Shown here: positions 63,131-64,000 of the stretch, piece after piece
Numbering within the stretch: position 1 is the first letter of the stretch
How the letters are laid out: every line of letters begins with the position of its first letter
Assembly (NCBI GenBank): GCA_037927135.1
Contig: JAXSPP010000003.1
Location: forward strand, 32,001-96,000
Length of the DNA stretch: 64,000 nucleotides
From: Candidatus Pampinifervens sinense
Lineage (GTDB): Bacteria > Aquificota > Aquificia > Aquificales > Aquificaceae
Direction: 5' to 3'
Made by a program: the position numbers and the translations under genes
Notes under the pieces: model-generated
What the model saw: the letters and a program-made list of their open reading frames with translations, nothing else
What the model was told of the DNA's origin: nothing
The model's database searches: none

Positions 63131-64000
63131 TTTTAGCCTCTAATACATCTTTTTCCTTATATAACTTCAGACTTGGTCTCATGAGAAGATTAAAGGAATT
63201 GGGATATGACGTAGTTTGCATTGCACCAGTAGATGATTACACAGAATATCTTAAAGAAGAATTTTCCTTTTATCCTCTAAAAAATCTTGACAGAAAAGGT
63301 AAAAATCCGATAAAGGACTTCAAACTTTTTCTTGAGTTTCTCAGTTTATACCGTAAGATAAAACCAGACTTAGTTATAAACTATACTATAAAGCCTAATA
63401 TCTATAGCTCTGTCGCATGCGGAATTTTAAAGATACCATCCATTAGTGTGGTTACTGGGCTTGGTTATGTATTTGTAAGAGGAGGATTGCTTGAAAAACT
63501 AGTGAGAATTCTGTATAGAATTTCCTTTGCATGTAACAATTATATACTTGTTTTAAACTCATATGATTTGGATATTATAAAAAGCCTGACAATTCAAACA
63601 AAATTAGTATTATTAAACGGTGAAGGTGTAAATACTGACTATTTTTCTCCTGCGATTTGCGAAAAATATGAGAAGAACAAAGGAAAAACCGTATTCCTAT
63701 TCATAGGACGATTTCTAAAAGACAAAGGAATTATTGAGTTTATTGAAGCTGGAAAACTCTTATGGCAAGAAAGAAAAGACTTTGAAATATGGTTTGTTGG
63801 TGGCATAGACGATGGCAATCCTCAGTCCCTGCGTGAGGAAGATATAAACAACATAAAAAAGTATGAATTTGTAAAAGTTTTGCCCTTCTCCAAAGATGTA
63901 AGACCTATAATCTGTCAAGCGGACTGTGTCGTTCTTCCTTCTTACAGGGAAGGCATTCCAAGAAGTTTACTTGAAGCCATGAGTATGGCAAAACCTATAA
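63112..64000 (+). CDS. Glycosyltransferase family 4 (CapM/PglA-like), runs off window end
   Basis: Not in ORF track. GGAGG then TTG 63112: MAKKSIVLASNTSFSLYNFRLGL...YTIKPNIY...TGLG...GRFLKDKG...LPSYREGIPRSLLEAMSMAKP. Confidence 0.88.
   Translation, partial: MAKKSIVLASNTSFSLYNFRLGLMRRLKELGYDVVCIAPVDDYTEYLKEEFSFYPLKNLDRKGKNPIKDFKLFLEFLSLYRKIKPDLVINYTIKPNIYSSVACGILKIPSISVVTGLGYVFVRGGLLEKLVRILYRISFACNNYILVLNSYDLDIIKSLTIQTKLVLLNGEGVNTDYFSPAICEKYEKNKGKTVFLFIGRFLKDKGIIEFIEAGKLLWQERKDFEIWFVGGIDDGNPQSLREEDINNIKKYEFVKVLPFSKDVRPIICQADCVVLPSYREGIPRSLLEAMSMAKPI

Overview
Compact, gene-dense bacterial chromosome segment. Gene content points to a thermophilic Aquificaceae member (Hydrogenobacter/Thermocrinis-like; inference): PspA-type phosphoserine phosphatase, bifunctional FBP aldolase/phosphatase, stand-alone 5'-3' exonuclease, dispersed atp genes, and AGG/ATA-rich codon use. 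Positions 1-52 kb are mostly housekeeping genes (argG, aroD, thiE, rpiB, atpF'/F/H, ndk, hemH, hisA, hslV, tgt, ileS, era, hisD, lpxB, tRNA-Arg(CCT)). This part also holds a flagellar basal-body cluster and a type II secretion cluster in which two pseudopilin genes are broken. From about 52 kb to the end lies an AT-richer surface-glycan locus. Most notable observations: (1) a lytic transglycosylase with no signal peptide carries an 11-aa peptide 10/11 identical to a segment of this genome's FlgB, making it a candidate rod-associated peptidoglycan hydrolase; (2) a flavoprotein resembling eukaryote-type UDP-galactopyranose mutase sits next to a GlfT-like GT2; (3) tandem GT4 genes share a ~700 bp near-identical block; (4) a membrane protein contains a perfect (CACAAA)15 in-frame repeat; (5) many genes have a TANNNT box 6-8 nt before the start codon and no Shine-Dalgarno (SD) sequence, suggesting leaderless mRNAs. 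No CRISPR array, rRNA, transposase or integrase was seen. All calls come from reading motifs by eye, without database searches.
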